A stretch of DNA of 64,000 nt from positions 480,001 through 544,000 of the forward strand of contig CAVWLP010000003.1 in assembly GCA_963755915.1 (NCBI GenBank). The letters run 5' to 3'. The notes under the pieces are model-generated. The model did no database searches. It had not been told where the DNA came from and saw only the letters and a list, made by a program, of their open reading frames with translations. The DNA is from an uncultured Phycisphaerales bacterium (GTDB lineage Bacteria > Planctomycetota > Phycisphaerae > Tepidisphaerales > Tepidisphaeraceae). The position numbers and the translations under genes are program-made. Below are positions 50,412-62,473 of the stretch, one piece after another (positions within the stretch are counted from its first letter, which is position 1; every line of letters starts with the position of its first letter).

Positions 50412-51425
50412 CGCGCCTTCTCCATCATCTTTCGCGTGCCCAGCAACAGCGTGCCTAGACCGATCACCCCAGCGATACCCCATAACATTTTCCGATGTTT
50501 CGTTGCCCAGAGCTGCGGGCTGATGCGATGGGCCATCCGATCGAACGGCCCATGCGACCCGTGATCGCCCGACAATGGTTTCCAGAAGTTATCGGGTTGA
50601 TCGGGATCGGCCGGCTCGTCCAGCAGCGCTCCTTGCCAGGCGGCATCCGCTAAATAACGATCCAAAAGACCTGGAGCGATTTTCTCGCCCAGCGTTGCTT
50701 CCACTGTCGTGTAACCCACCATGATTTCCCGCCGATCATGCTCGGCGGCAAAACGAATGGCGTCTGCCGCGACTTCCGGCTGAAAAATCGTGCCTGTGGG
50801 CCGCGCCTTGCGCGGCATCTTGTTTTTAGTCCAGACGAATTGCGTGGTGTTGAGCGCAGGCATGTTCACGACCGATACCCGCACATTGCTTTTCTGATGA
50901 ATCAGTTCGCTGCGAATTGCCTCGGCAAACCCTTGAATCGCATGTTTGCTCGCGCAATAGGCGCTCTGCAGCGGAATCGAACGAAATGCCAATGCGGAAC
51001 CGACTTGAATGATCGTCCCCCGATCGCGCGGGACCATCCGTTTGAGCGCGCAGTGGGTGCCATGCACCGTCCCGAGGAAAGTCACTTCAACGATGTGCCG
51101 GAATTCCTCCGGCGTCATTTCCATGAAGGGGCTGTACATCGACACCATGGCATTGTTAATCCAAACATCGATCGGGCCAAATTCCTTTTCGGCGATCTCC
51201 GCGGCTGTTTCCACTTCCTCAAACTGGCTGACATCCGCCGGAACGATGGCCGCCTTTCCGCCGGCCGATTCGACTTCACTTCGAGCAGCCTCCAACCCGT
51301 CCCGGCCCCGAGCCACGAGGACGAGATTTGCGCCGCGATTCGCCGAACAGCCGCGCCGTGGCGCGGCCGACGCCGCCGGAGGCTCCGGTGATGACGGCAA
51401 CTGTGTCAGAACCGATACGGTTCAT
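50408..51425 (-). CDS. SDR oxidoreductase; frameshift near 51340
   Basis: ATG 51425 gives VITGASGGVGRATA; downstream WINNA, YCASKHA, MPALNT. Confidence 0.88.
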
Positions 51426-54400
51426 CGGCGTACCTCCATGCTGTGCGAGCGCTGATATCTTTTTCGAAGTCCGATGGTGATCAGCATGGCCGCCGCGCCG
51501 ACACCGATGGCCAAAGCGGCGCGGGTCATTCCGATTCGTTGGGCCTGCTTGCGTGCCTTTAATATCTCTTTTTCCGGGCGGCTGTGAGCGAGTCCCGATT
51601 CGCCGCGGATCGCCAATTGCACGACATGAGCCATGTGCAGGGCTCCGCGATCGGTTTCCTGCTCGATTTGTTCCTGGCAGCTAAAGCCATCGGCGATAAT
51701 TAACGCATCGTCGTCCGCATCGCGCACTTCCGGGAGGAGCGCGCGTTCACCGGCGGCGACGCTGACCTGGTAATGATCGTTCTCTTTTTCGTATCCGAAC
51801 GCTCCGGCCATTCCGCAGCAACCGGCGTCAGGATGCTTGTCTTCGATGCCCATCTTTTTGAAAAGTTCTTTCTCCGCGAAAAGCTTGCCGTATTCCTTGT
51901 CGTTGAGCGTATCAATCGCTTTCTGATGGCAATGGCCGTGCACGATGGCTTTCCGATTCAGCCTGGGCACATGAAAATCCGGCGCATGCGAGCGCAAAAA
52001 ATCGCTGAGGGTAAACGTCAGCTCACTGAGCCGCTTGCCGTCTTCGCTGTTGGGCATCAGGTTGCACAGTTCATCCTTGAACGCCGCCCAGCAGCTCGGC
52101 TCCAGCACCACCATCGGGATGCCGTCGCGATAGTACGGCTCGCAGTTTCTCGAGGAGATCGATCCACCACCGCTTGGCCATCCCGAGAAATCCGTAGTCG
52201 TAGAGCGGCCGCCCGCAGCAGACATCCGCCATGGGCACATGCACGCGGAAGCCGGCCTCTTCCAGCACCTGCGTCGCGGCGATCGCCACATCCGGATGAA
52301 AATAATTGTTGAACGTGTCAGCAAACAGCACGACCGGCGGGCCATGGGGATTTTTGGCCTCGTGCGACTTAAACCATTGCTTGAATGATATGCGGTGCAA
52401 AGGCCGGGATCTTGCGGTTTGGATGAACGCCCGCCATCCATTTGGCGATCGAACTCAATCCGGGCAACTGCGTGAATAAATTCGCCACCGATGGCGCTAT
52501 CGGCGGCAAGGCTCGACCAGATGTGAATCCAGCCAAACGCATACGCGTGGCGCGGCCGCAGGCGTCCTTCGTAGTAGTGGCTCAGAAACTCCGACTTGTA
52601 CGTGGCCATGTCGACGTTGACGGGGCAATCGCCTTTGCATCCTTTGCAGGAGAGGCAAAGATCCAGCGCCTCCTTTACTTCTTCGCTCTTCCAGCCGTCG
52701 TCGATGACTTCGCCGTTCATCATTTCAAAGAGCATGCGCGCCCGGCCGCGCGTGGAATCTTTTTCTTCGCGAGTGACCATGTAGGAGGGGCACATCGTTC
52801 CGCCGCCTTCGCGCCGGCATGCGCCAACGCCGACGCAGCGAAGCGCCGCGCGAGCGAAACTGTGGTGATCCCCCGCGTACGCGAAATGCGTCGAGGGTTG
52901 CGGCGGGTTGTAGTCCGGCCCAAGTCGAAGGTTTTCAGTGATGCCGTACGCGGGACCATCGAGGTCGATCACTTTCCCGGTGTTCATCCGATTGTCCGGA
53001 TCCCAAATCCGCTTGAATTCCTTAAAGGCTTCATAGAGTTCAGGGCCGAACATTTTGGGAAGGAATTGCCCGCGCGCCTGACCATCGCCGTGCTCGCCTG
53101 AAGCGACGCCGCCGAATTTCATGACGAGGTCGACGGCTTCATTCATGAATCGCTGGTATTGCTCGAGGCCGTGAGCGGTATACTAGGTCGAACTGCACGC
53201 GGCAATGAATGCAACCCTGCCCGATATGGCCGTAGAGCGGAGGGGTTGTAGTCGTATTTTCTGAAAAGCGATCGAAGTTCCCGGAGATACTGCGGCATGG
53301 CTTCGACCGGCACGGCCGAATCTTCCCATCCCGGCCACGTATCCGGTTGGCCGGGAATCCACGCGGTGCTTCCCAAGCCGCCTTCGCGAACATCCCAGAT
53401 CATCTTTTCCTGTTTCGGGTCGTCATACAGCTTCATGTCCACCGGGGCACGCTCGCCGAGACCTTTGACGTGATCCATCATCCGCCGGGCCTGACCGTCA
53501 GCGTCTTGTTTCGAGTCGCCGCCGAATTCAACCAGCAGAAAAGCGGGGCCGTCCGGCAAGATCGCAAGGCTGGCGCTTTCATCTCCCTTCTTTTCGACGT
53601 ATTCGAAGAGCAATTCGTCAATCCCTTCGCAGGCGATGGGATTGAATTTCAATACTTCCAGGCCGCATTCGGCCGCGGTGTAGATATCTTTGAACCCCAG
53701 CATGACAACGCTGCGCTGCTTGGGAGCCGGCACAAGATGGAGCACGGCTTCAACGATGGTCACGAGCGTCGATTCCGAGCCGACCAGAGCGCGGGCGACG
53801 TTGAAACCGTTTTCCGGCAGCAGGTCGTTGAGGTTGTATCCGGAGACACGCCGTCTCGAGCCTGGGAAACTTTTGGCGAATCAAATCGCCATAGCGATCC
53901 ACAAATGATTTCAGATCGGCATAAATCTGTCCGCGCCGGCCGCCTCCGCGAATGATGGCGTCCAATTCCTCGGGCGGCGTCGGGCCAACATGCAGCCGTG
54001 TGCCGTCGTAGAGCACGATGTCCAGCGCGTGCGTGTTATCGCTCATCCGCACGCCAAGTCCGTGGTTCTTGCTCAAGAGTGAATGGCTGCCGCAGGAATT
54101 GTTGCCCAGCATTCCGCCGATGGTGCAACGGCTGTGGGTCGCTGGATCAGGTCCGAAATATAATCCCGCTTCCTTCTTGGCCGTTTCGACGAAAATGATC
54201 AAGCACGCATCCGGGTTGAACGTGCCCGAGACCTTTTTCGGCGTCGATTTTCAGCACGTGGTGCATGTACTTGGAAAAATCCATCACAACGGCGACGTTG
54301 CAGCACTGGCCGGCCAGACTCGTTCCGCCGCCCCGTGAAAGAACAGGCGCATGATGTTCGCGGGCAAGACGGATGGTCGTTTCCACATCCTGAATATGAC

Positions 54401-54629
54401 GCGGAATAACCACGCCAATCGGAACCTGGCGATAATTGGACCCGTCTGTCGCATACAACGCCCGTGTTCCTTTGTCGAACCGCACTTCACCGTCGATCGA
54501 CTGCTTCAACAATCGGGCCAGGGATTGAACCGCATCCTGAGAAATCGAGGTCCGCGAATCGTCGACCTGCAGGCGTTGAAATCGGGAGGCTTCATTTTGC
54601 TGACGGAGAACGGTTAATTTCATGCTCAT
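51422..54629 (-). CDS. FAD-binding/(Fe-S)-binding oxidoreductase (YdiJ/D-lactate dehydrogenase-like); several frameshifts
   Basis: YATDGSNY, RGGGTSLAGQ, PDPATHSRCTIGGM, WEDSAV, SGEHGDG, CVGVGAC, CLSCKGCKGDCP, HGHCHQ, CCGMAGAFG spread over five or more ORF pieces. Confidence 0.88.
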
Positions 54630-57220
54630 CCTTGACTCCTCGCGCGGGCTGGGCGGCCGGAACCGCTTACAAAGGTTGTCACCGCCGGTTTTCTTCCGGA
54701 TGCCAGGGGCAGCTCAACATCGAGTTCGAAATCCCTTCCTTCCCAGCGGTTTGCCGCTTCCGGCCAACAAAACGTGAAGCGCAGCTTGCTGCCGGTTTTT
54801 AACTGCTGCACTGGAAGATCAACCAGGTGAAATCCCAGGCCCGTGTCACGCGTATTCAGGTCGCTAGCGCTTTGCCAATCGTTCGTGCTGAAATGAACCA
54901 TCGCCGGTGCCATCACTTCGATACGCAGCTTTCGTCCCGCAAAGATGGAATCGGGTTGGTGATCGAATCGCCATAGACATAAATTCGAGTTCGCTTGATT
55001 CTGCACGTATCGTTCGCGAGTATCGGGTGGTTGATCGAAGAGTCGGCCATCGCTGATGGAGCGAAGAAGCCGAGCGTATTCGGCATGAGCCCATGCCAAC
55101 GGCATCGCGGAGCCGCTGGGCCGGCCTCGGAACAGCGCACGATCGGGAAGATCGTCGCGATCCCACACCTGCTCAGGCAAAAATCCCACCTGATTTGCGA
55201 AGCCGCCCATTGCCCCAAGCAATTCGTTCGCGCGATCCAGATTGCCGGCGGCAACCGCGTAATGCCCGCGCTCCCCTATCAGCAGCGGCCAGGGGCGCCC
55301 AATGCCTGTTTTGTCATCCGCGCCGACGAACGGCGCGCCATCGTCGGACTCGCCGTAATAGTCGCCGTTGTATCGCCGCCAACACGGACCCCCCGGTAAA
55401 TCCGAGCGCGTCATCGCGTCGATCGCTTTGATGGTGTTCAGAATCCTGGGATCGTCCGCAGCGCGAAGTCCGAAGCGGACCAATGCCAGCGCATCGGGAC
55501 TGACGACTTCCCGCACAGGAAGATCGTGCGCCTGTTTCATATGAGGAACTTCGCCACGGCGCGTCAATGTATGCATACCGGGCGAGGGAGCGATCCGAAC
55601 GTAATAACCTTCCACGCCGATCCGTCGCGACAGCGGCGTATCTGTGACGTAGGTCCATGGCTCAATCAAATCATTCCACAAGTCGGCTGACTGGCGAAAC
55701 AAATCGCCGGTCTTGGCGTCGCCGACTCGATCCGCGAGCCTGGCGGCGATCAGCAGCGCGGCAATTTCTGTCGCCAGCGTGTAAGGCGACAGCCCCGGCG
55801 TGTTTTCCCAGCGGTCCTGCCCGGTTTCCGGTCCAGTGCGAATGATGAATGCCGCCGCATCCCTCACCATCGGCCAATACACTTCCATTTGCGCATCGCT
55901 CACGATGCCGTAACGGTGAAGCAGATTGGTCAGTAAAACGGGCAACGCTGCTTCATCGAGCTGAACGCCCTCGGAGTGTGCGTGACCATCCACGCGCATA
56001 TTCTTTGGCCAGCCTCCTTGGGGCTTCTGGGTAACCCGGAGATATTTCAGCGTGTCGAGCGCTTCGTCGCCGGCGCCGGCAGCCAGGAGTCCCGCTGCTT
56101 CTTCGACCAGGTCTCGCGACCAGACGAGGTGATATCCCATCGCGTCATCACCCCGCGCTTCGCCCCAGGGGGTCGATAGGCTAGCCACACCCGCGCCGGA
56201 AAATCTCTTGGAGCGATGAGCGCGAAGGACCATCAGGCTTGTACGATATAGATTCTGCTCAACAATCGAATCGGTCAGGTGCATGCGCGGCCGCGAATGA
56301 TCCGGACGCTTGAGCTGATCTTTTTTTCTGCCATGCCCGAGCTTCGCGCCATCGAAATCCGATAATTGTTTTTGCCAGGAACGCCACGATTCGACATATT
56401 GGTCACGAGCTGCATCAAACCCTTCATTCAGTGACAAAAGGGCGTTCAGCGCGGCTCCTTCGCGGCACTCATCAAACGACAGCGCCAGAAGGAATTGACC
56501 CTGACACCGTTTCAGATCAATTTCGCCTGCCAGCGAGATATTGCCGTTATGAACTCGATCGAATTCGCATGTGATCTGCCCGTGCTTCTGAAGCTGGTGC
56601 CACGCGTCTTCCGGTCCGACATAACTCACGGTTCGGGAGATCCAGGGTGCGGAACTGGCCAGCGCCAAGGCATCCTGCTCACGCTGAGCTACAAGCATGG
56701 GCGTATTCTGGTAAGACTCGGTCTTTCCCGAGTTTCCCTTTCCCTGGTCTCCCAGGTGTGGCGTCAGGACGACAAACAAACGGAGTTCCTCCAATGTGCC
56801 GCCTGAAGGGACGAGCTTGACCTGCTGTAGCAGGACATTACGGGAAGGATCAACCAGAATTTGCTTGGAGATCTGGTATCGCCCATTCAAACAACGGTTC
56901 TCGACCGTGTAGAAAGGGACGCCCGACTCTGTTGTTCTCGTGTCAACAGCACAGTCATTTTGCTCCTGCGAAAAAAAACCGCGGGCATCAGTAACAATAA
57001 AACCAAAATCGCGTATCGCCGCCAAGTCAACAGACGGATAGAAAATCTCCGTCACAATGCCCCGGCTCAGGGTGAACCAGACGCGCGATCTGGGAGAAAG
57101 TGCGCATCCCACACCGCTTTTTGCGGCTGGCGCCCATTTGGGTTCCACGCCGGGCCAACCCGGAGCAGGTCGGGGGGCTTGATCGTTTCCGTTTGGCTGC
57201 ATACGGCACCGTAATGGCAT
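54626..57220 (-). CDS. GH15 glucoamylase/glucodextranase with C-terminal accessory domain
   Basis: APGWPG..W..AAKSGVG, SLSTPWG, GYHLVWSRDLVE, QDRWE, RYNGDYYGE, LPEQVW, SAMPLAWAHAEY. Confidence 0.92.
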   Translation of the reverse strand: MPLRCRMQPNGNDQAPRPAPGWPGVEPKWAPAAKSGVGCALSPRSRVWFTLSRGIVTEIFYPSVDLAAIRDFGFIVTDARGFFSQEQNDCAVDTRTTESGVPFYTVENRCLNGRYQISKQILVDPSRNVLLQQVKLVPSGGTLEELRLFVVLTPHLGDQGKGNSGKTESYQNTPMLVAQREQDALALASSAPWISRTVSYVGPEDAWHQLQKHGQITCEFDRVHNGNISLAGEIDLKRCQGQFLLALSFDECREGAALNALLSLNEGFDAARDQYVESWRSWQKQLSDFDGAKLGHGRKKDQLKRPDHSRPRMHLTDSIVEQNLYRTSLMVLRAHRSKRFSGAGVASLSTPWGEARGDDAMGYHLVWSRDLVEEAAGLLAAGAGDEALDTLKYLRVTQKPQGGWPKNMRVDGHAHSEGVQLDEAALPVLLTNLLHRYGIVSDAQMEVYWPMVRDAAAFIIRTGPETGQDRWENTPGLSPYTLATEIAALLIAARLADRVGDAKTGDLFRQSADLWNDLIEPWTYVTDTPLSRRIGVEGYYVRIAPSPGMHTLTRRGEVPHMKQAHDLPVREVVSPDALALVRFGLRAADDPRILNTIKAIDAMTRSDLPGGPCWRRYNGDYYGESDDGAPFVGADDKTGIGRPWPLLIGERGHYAVAAGNLDRANELLGAMGGFANQVGFLPEQVWDRDDLPDRALFRGRPSGSAMPLAWAHAEYARLLRSISDGRLFDQPPDTRERYVQNQANSNLCLWRFDHQPDSIFAGRKLRIEVMAPAMVHFSTNDWQSASDLNTRDTGLGFHLVDLPVQQLKTGSKLRFTFCWPEAANRWEGRDFELDVELPLASGRKPAVTTFVSGSGRPARARSQG

Positions 57221-57359
57221 CCTAACGGTCGATCCCTTTTAGACGCATCGGGGAAAATCTGAACTTGATCGCAAAGAATCCAACCAGAGTCGAGCGGCGG
57301 ACTCTTCAGCATTGATGCCAATCCGGCTCTCGCCGATCATTGCTGAGGCTCTTAATAAT

Positions 57360-57740
57360 CTAGGGGTGGTTTTTCGACACAGCTTGTTGCAAGTCTGAAA
57401 GATGTTCCGCATTCTGCTCGACCGCAATGTGAGCGACGCTGTTCGGTGCAGGCTGGTCTCGTGATACATAGTCTGTCATGGTTAGGGCCAGAAGCAGCCC
57501 AAGCCACAAAAACGCCGCACCGGCGAAGATCCATGTTAGCCGCGAGCTATGCCGCACGTGCATGAAGAAGAGGATCACGAGTATCGCCTTGGCGACCGCG
57601 ATTATCAGCGCGATGACAACATTCCAGCGGCCCATATCCACAGCAGCAGCGCAAACCGTCGCCGCAAGGAGCACCATCAGCAGAACGTAAATCCACAGAT
57701 AGGTTTGAATGCCGTCGATTGTGTGCTTATCGGATTGCAT
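57360..57740 (-). CDS. Cytochrome c oxidase subunit IV family protein
   Basis: ALIIAVAKAILVILFFMHVR; 3 TM; follows subunit III. Confidence 0.88.
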   Translation of the reverse strand: MQSDKHTIDGIQTYLWIYVLLMVLLAATVCAAAVDMGRWNVVIALIIAVAKAILVILFFMHVRHSSRLTWIFAGAAFLWLGLLLALTMTDYVSRDQPAPNSVAHIAVEQNAEHLSDLQQAVSKNHP

Positions 57741-57741
57741 C

Positions 57742-58446
57742 TCATCGCACCAGGTAAAGAAGGGGAAACAGGAATATCCAGACCAAGTCCACGAAGTGCC
57801 AGTAGAGCCCCATGATCTCAACTTGAGCATGTTTCTGAGGTGTGTATTGGCCGCGGCCGGCTTTGATGAGAAGAAACGTAAACAATCCGATGCCGATCAC
57901 CATGTGAAGCGCGTGGACGCCGGTCATAAAAAAATAAAAAACCCAGAAAAGTTGGAATTCGCGGCGCAGGATGATTTCGTTCGCGTCGAAATCGGCTGCA
58001 GCGCGGCGCAGATTTGAGGAGATTTCGGCGTCGGGATGAAATACTCCATCGCAGGGCATCACCCCTTCGCGATATTCGTGAGTGTATTCGGCGGCCTTGA
58101 TGAGGAGAAATGCGACGCCCAATAGCAATGTCAAACCAAGCATCCGTGTCAGCATGCGGTTGTGGCCGAGTTTGGCGGCACGCACGGCGAGGACGACGGT
58201 GAGGCTGCTGGTTAAGAGAACCGCCGTGTTCCACGCGCCGCTGCTTATGCCGAACCAGCGAAGATTGTCCACTACCAAGCTTCCCTGATGCCAAGCCGGG
58301 AAATAGAGATGACGATAGATTGTGTAACCGCAGATCATTCCGCCGAAAAAGAGCACTTCGGTGGCGAGGAAAGTCCACATGCCAAGCGTGCCGGCCTCAG
58401 TTTGCTGATTGAGGTCGTCGAATTGATGGGCAACGAGTTCAGTCAT
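57742..58446 (-). CDS. Cytochrome c oxidase subunit III
   Basis: [41 protein letters not shown]. Confidence 0.93.
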   Translation of the reverse strand: MTELVAHQFDDLNQQTEAGTLGMWTFLATEVLFFGGMICGYTIYRHLYFPAWHQGSLVVDNLRWFGISSGAWNTAVLLTSSLTVVLAVRAAKLGHNRMLTRMLGLTLLLGVAFLLIKAAEYTHEYREGVMPCDGVFHPDAEISSNLRRAAADFDANEIILRREFQLFWVFYFFMTGVHALHMVIGIGLFTFLLIKAGRGQYTPQKHAQVEIMGLYWHFVDLVWIFLFPLLYLVR

Positions 58447-60064
58447 CGGAAAAATCCATTTCGTGATAGTTGTAGGGTTCGCCCGCTATCGGGGTTTCGT
58501 CGAAATTATTTGGTGGCGGAGGCGAACTGGTTTGCCATTCGAGTCCCGCGGCCTTGAAAGGATTTGGCCCCGCGTCCTTACCCCATCGTAATGACCAGAG
58601 CAGATATCCCAACGGAAGCAGATATCCGAGAGCCAGAATCGATGCTCCGGCAGTTGACATGACGTTGTAGACCTGAAATTCCGGCGCATAACCGTAATAG
58701 CGCCGGGGCATGCCCAGATAACCGAGGATGAATTGGGGAAAGAAGGTCAGGTTGAAGCCAAAGAATAAGATAATGGCGGCGATGCGCCCCCACCAATCCG
58801 GGTAGAGCTTTCCCGTCATCTTCGGCCACCAGAAATGGAGTCCGCCCATGTAAGCCATCACCGCGCCTCCCACCATGATGTAGTGAAAATGCGCGATGAC
58901 AAAATAAGTGTCATGAACGTGCATATCGATGCCGAGTGTCGCAAGGAAAAGGCCCGTCAAGCCGCCGATGGTGAACAGGCCGATAAATCCAAGGGCATAG
59001 AGCATCGGCGTATCGAGCGATATCGAACCTTTGTAAAGCGTCGCGGTCCAGTTGAAGACTTTGATCGCCGACGGGATCGCCACCATGAAGCTGAGGATGG
59101 AAAAAACCATTCCGCCGTAGATGGAGATGCCGGCAATGAACATGTGATGCGCCCAAACGAGGAATCCAAGGATGGCAATGGCCAGGCTCGCCATGGCGAT
59201 GACGGGGTAGCCAAAGATCCGTTTGCGGGAAAAAGCAGGAATGAGCTCGCTGACCACGCCCATTCCCGGAAGGATCATGATGTAAACAGCAGGATGGCTG
59301 TAGAACCAGAACATATGCTGAAAGAGGATGGGATCACCGCCAAGATTTGGATCAAAAATGCCCACGCCGAGGATTCGCTCCAGGGCCACGAGCGAAAGAG
59401 TGATCGCCAGCACAGGCGTTGCCAGGACAAAGATGATGCTTGTCGCGTACATAGACCAAATAAATAGCGGAAGGCGGAACCAGGTCATTCCCGGGCAGCG
59501 CATCTTATGAATCGTGATGATGAAATTCAGCCCAGTGAGGATGGAACTGAAACCGGCGATGAAAATTCCACAGATCGCCGCGACAACGTGGGTATTGCTG
59601 AATGTACTGCTGTACGGGGTATAAAACGTCCAGCCGGTATCGACGCCGCCCTGAATAAGGGCTGTCAGCGCCAGCGACCCCCCGATTATAAAGAGATACC
59701 AGCTCAGCAGGTTAATCCGCGGAAACGCCAAGTCGCGGGCCCCGATCATGAGCGGAACAAGAAAATTCCCCAGTGTTGCGGGAATGGAAGGAACGAGAAA
59801 GAAAAAGACCATCACGATTCCGTGCAACGTAAAAAGTTTGTTGTAGGTTTCGGCTTCGACAAGAGTGGAATGGGGCGTGAGGAGTTGCAAACGCATGATG
59901 ACCGCCGCGGTCCCGCCGACAGCGAAGAAGAGTGTGATGGAAAAAATGTAGAGAATGGCGATGCGCTTGTGGTCTTTTGTCAGCAGCCAGGATGCGATCG
60001 AATATTGCGAGTTGAGGTATGTCTCACGAGCAGTGTATTCAGGAATATAAGCAATAGAGGCCAT
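58439..60064 (-). CDS. ctaD: Cytochrome c oxidase subunit I (type A2)
   Basis: [24 protein letters not shown] (A2 YS motif), WAHH, AHFH, MPRR. Confidence 0.96.
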   Translation of the reverse strand: MASIAYIPEYTARETYLNSQYSIASWLLTKDHKRIAILYIFSITLFFAVGGTAAVIMRLQLLTPHSTLVEAETYNKLFTLHGIVMVFFFLVPSIPATLGNFLVPLMIGARDLAFPRINLLSWYLFIIGGSLALTALIQGGVDTGWTFYTPYSSTFSNTHVVAAICGIFIAGFSSILTGLNFIITIHKMRCPGMTWFRLPLFIWSMYATSIIFVLATPVLAITLSLVALERILGVGIFDPNLGGDPILFQHMFWFYSHPAVYIMILPGMGVVSELIPAFSRKRIFGYPVIAMASLAIAILGFLVWAHHMFIAGISIYGGMVFSILSFMVAIPSAIKVFNWTATLYKGSISLDTPMLYALGFIGLFTIGGLTGLFLATLGIDMHVHDTYFVIAHFHYIMVGGAVMAYMGGLHFWWPKMTGKLYPDWWGRIAAIILFFGFNLTFFPQFILGYLGMPRRYYGYAPEFQVYNVMSTAGASILALGYLLPLGYLLWSLRWGKDAGPNPFKAAGLEWQTSSPPPPNNFDETPIAGEPYNYHEMDFSDD

Positions 60065-60076
60065 GGTCTCACCTTG

Positions 60077-61117
60077 TTATTGGTTTGTCCTGTAATTGGC
60101 GAACGGAGGATTAACGATCTTCGGCTCGGCTCCGCTCGGCTGCGTGGCGGGACCAAGCGGCGGACCGCCGTATGGCGCGGTCTGGGCGGCGCCGCTGAGC
60201 GATTTAATGTATTCGACTAAATCCAGAACCTGCTCTTCGCTCAATGTTGATTTGAAGCTTGGCATCCGGTTGGGATATCCGACGACCAACTTTGCATTGG
60301 GATAGAGAATCGATTCGCGCAGATATCCTTCGTCGGCAATTACCGTTCTTCGAATGCCAGGTTCGTCGATGACGTCAACCGGCCTGCCATACAAGCCCGC
60401 CAGAGTGGGTCCGTATTGCCCGTGACAAGTGATGCAGCCATAGAGACTAAACAGTTTTTTCCCGGCGACCGCCGGTGGCTCCGATGATAGATCTCCCGCA
60501 AGCCATCGTTCGTAATCGGCAGGACTGCAAACGACGACGGTCCCGGCCATCTCTGCATGTTTCGCGCCGCAGTATTGATCGCAAAACAAGTGGTATTCGC
60601 CCAGGCGCGTTGGGACGAACCACTCCGTGGTATACATGCCGGGCAAGACGTCCTGCTTCACACGGAAGGCGGGAACTGAGAAATCGTGAATCACGTCCTG
60701 GCTTGTCAGTACAAGTTTGACCGGTTGACCCAGGGGTACGTGGAGCATGTTGATCTCCCGGCGTCCTTCCGGATGCTGAATCTTCCACATCCATTGCTTG
60801 CCGATGACGAAGATTTCCATTGCATCATTAGGCGGTCGATGGGCATTCAAAAATACCTTGGCTCCCCAGATGAACATCACGACCGTAAGCATCAATGGAA
60901 TGATCGTCCACGTGATCTCCAAGGCGATGTTGCCAGAAATGAGTGGCGGTCGTTCATTCGGACTGCGCCGGCGATAACGAATTGCAAACCAGGCGATTGA
61001 CCCAAAAATTAACACCGTGAAAAATGCGCTGATGCCGACCATAAACAGCATCAGGTGATCCACCTCTGCTGCTCCTTGCGAAGCCTGCTGCGGGAAAAGC
61101 TGGAACGTGGGGTCCAC
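60077..61117 (-). CDS. coxB: Cytochrome c oxidase subunit II with C-terminal cytochrome c (caa3 type)
   Basis: LEITWT, QWMW, DVIHDF, CuA CDQYCGAKHAEM, heme c CITCH. Confidence 0.94.
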   Translation of the reverse strand: MDPTFQLFPQQASQGAAEVDHLMLFMVGISAFFTVLIFGSIAWFAIRYRRRSPNERPPLISGNIALEITWTIIPLMLTVVMFIWGAKVFLNAHRPPNDAMEIFVIGKQWMWKIQHPEGRREINMLHVPLGQPVKLVLTSQDVIHDFSVPAFRVKQDVLPGMYTTEWFVPTRLGEYHLFCDQYCGAKHAEMAGTVVVCSPADYERWLAGDLSSEPPAVAGKKLFSLYGCITCHGQYGPTLAGLYGRPVDVIDEPGIRRTVIADEGYLRESILYPNAKLVVGYPNRMPSFKSTLSEEQVLDLVEYIKSLSGAAQTAPYGGPPLGPATQPSGAEPKIVNPPFANYRTNQ

Positions 61118-61126
61118 GATACATTC

Positions 61127-61968
61127 TCACAGACATTTGGCGCGGCCGCGTTCGCGGCGAATCGCGGTTACGACAAAACTTCCCAAAACCAAAACGGTCA
61201 GGCCACCTCCGACCTTCAAGAGACGGCTGATGGCAACGCCGTATTTCCCCGTCGCGGGGTCATAGCAAAAACAGTACATCAGGATGGCATCTGCCAAACC
61301 ACCAACGTGGCCGCCGGATGCTTCGGTCAACGCGATCCGAAGATCGCTGGGGACGTAATCTATGCCGAAGAAATATCGCGAGAGTTTTCCCGTTGGCGTC
61401 AGGACCATGATCCCGCTCGCGTGAGCGTAGATTTGGTATTTGGGGTCCCATGTGTAACGGAAGCCGACAGCGTTGGTTAGCGCGGTAATGGATGCCTGCT
61501 GGCCAGTCAGAAAATGCCAGCCATTTTTCGCCCCCGGTCGGTCATATTGGGCCAGATAGGTTTTTTTCTTCAGGAGCGCAAATTCAGGCGTGTCGCGCGG
61601 GTCGAAACTGACGGTGATGACGTCGAAATCCTTTCCGACTGTCTCGGGCATGGCGCGCATGGTGCGCAACAGATCATTCAGCACCATCGTGCAGAGCATC
61701 GGGCATTGGTAATAGACCAGCACGAGGATCACTGGATGACTGTCGAACATCTCCCCCAAACAAACGGCGCGGCCGTGTTCGTCGTTAAAAACCAGGTCCG
61801 AAGGAACAACCTCGCCAAGTTTTTGGTCGATGCCGACGTTCTGGAGAATCGATGGTCTATTATCAGCGGTCGGAATCATTGTTTGGGGCGGAGCTGGAAC
61901 ATCCTGCGCTTTGGATTGAGCGCTGATTAATAGGCGCAAATCAGAAAAAACAAATTAGCCACTTTCAT
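61127..61968 (-). CDS. SCO family copper chaperone; frameshift near 61935
   Basis: YYQCPMLC, VSFDP, WHFLTG, YAHASG, CFCYDP; ATG 61968 begins a signal peptide in another frame. Confidence 0.88.
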
Positions 61969-62473
61969 GGAACGCCTCCTGGTCCGTGCAATGCGCTGGC
62001 CGGCGGCATGAACGGCTGTGCCGATGGTTGCGTTGCCGGAAGAGCATTAGGTAATCCTTGCCGACAGCTATTTTGATCGCCTGCTCGATGGGAATGCGCG
62101 CGAATTGGCGAGAAGAATCCAACCAGCCCCAAGCATGTGGGCCGATCAGCGCTCGCTCTCGCGTTTGTACCTCAACCAAATCCACGTTTGGAAGAACGTC
62201 GTGTGATGGTTCAGGTTCCAAACGGGGCCCGGGGGGAAACGCAGACATCGTCCCTGACAGCGGATGAGTTGGGAACGCAATGCGATCCTCGGCGTCCTGA
62301 TTGCGCTGCAGCCAATTTAATGCGCCCAGGCCAACAAGATGCACCAGCACCAATGTTGCGACCAGCGACACCGCAAAAATGAGAATCGGAAGCGGCGCGG
62401 CATCGCGAACCTCGTGTCTCACCGACACGGATTCAGGCGGATTCGGGTTCGGGTGTTCCATAAGTCGATCCAT
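61965..62473 (-). CDS. Alternative complex III associated ActG-like protein (C-terminal frameshift likely)
   Basis: HEVRD + single TM, PRLE, WGWLD..ARIPIEQAI; position between ActF and SCO. Confidence 0.6.
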
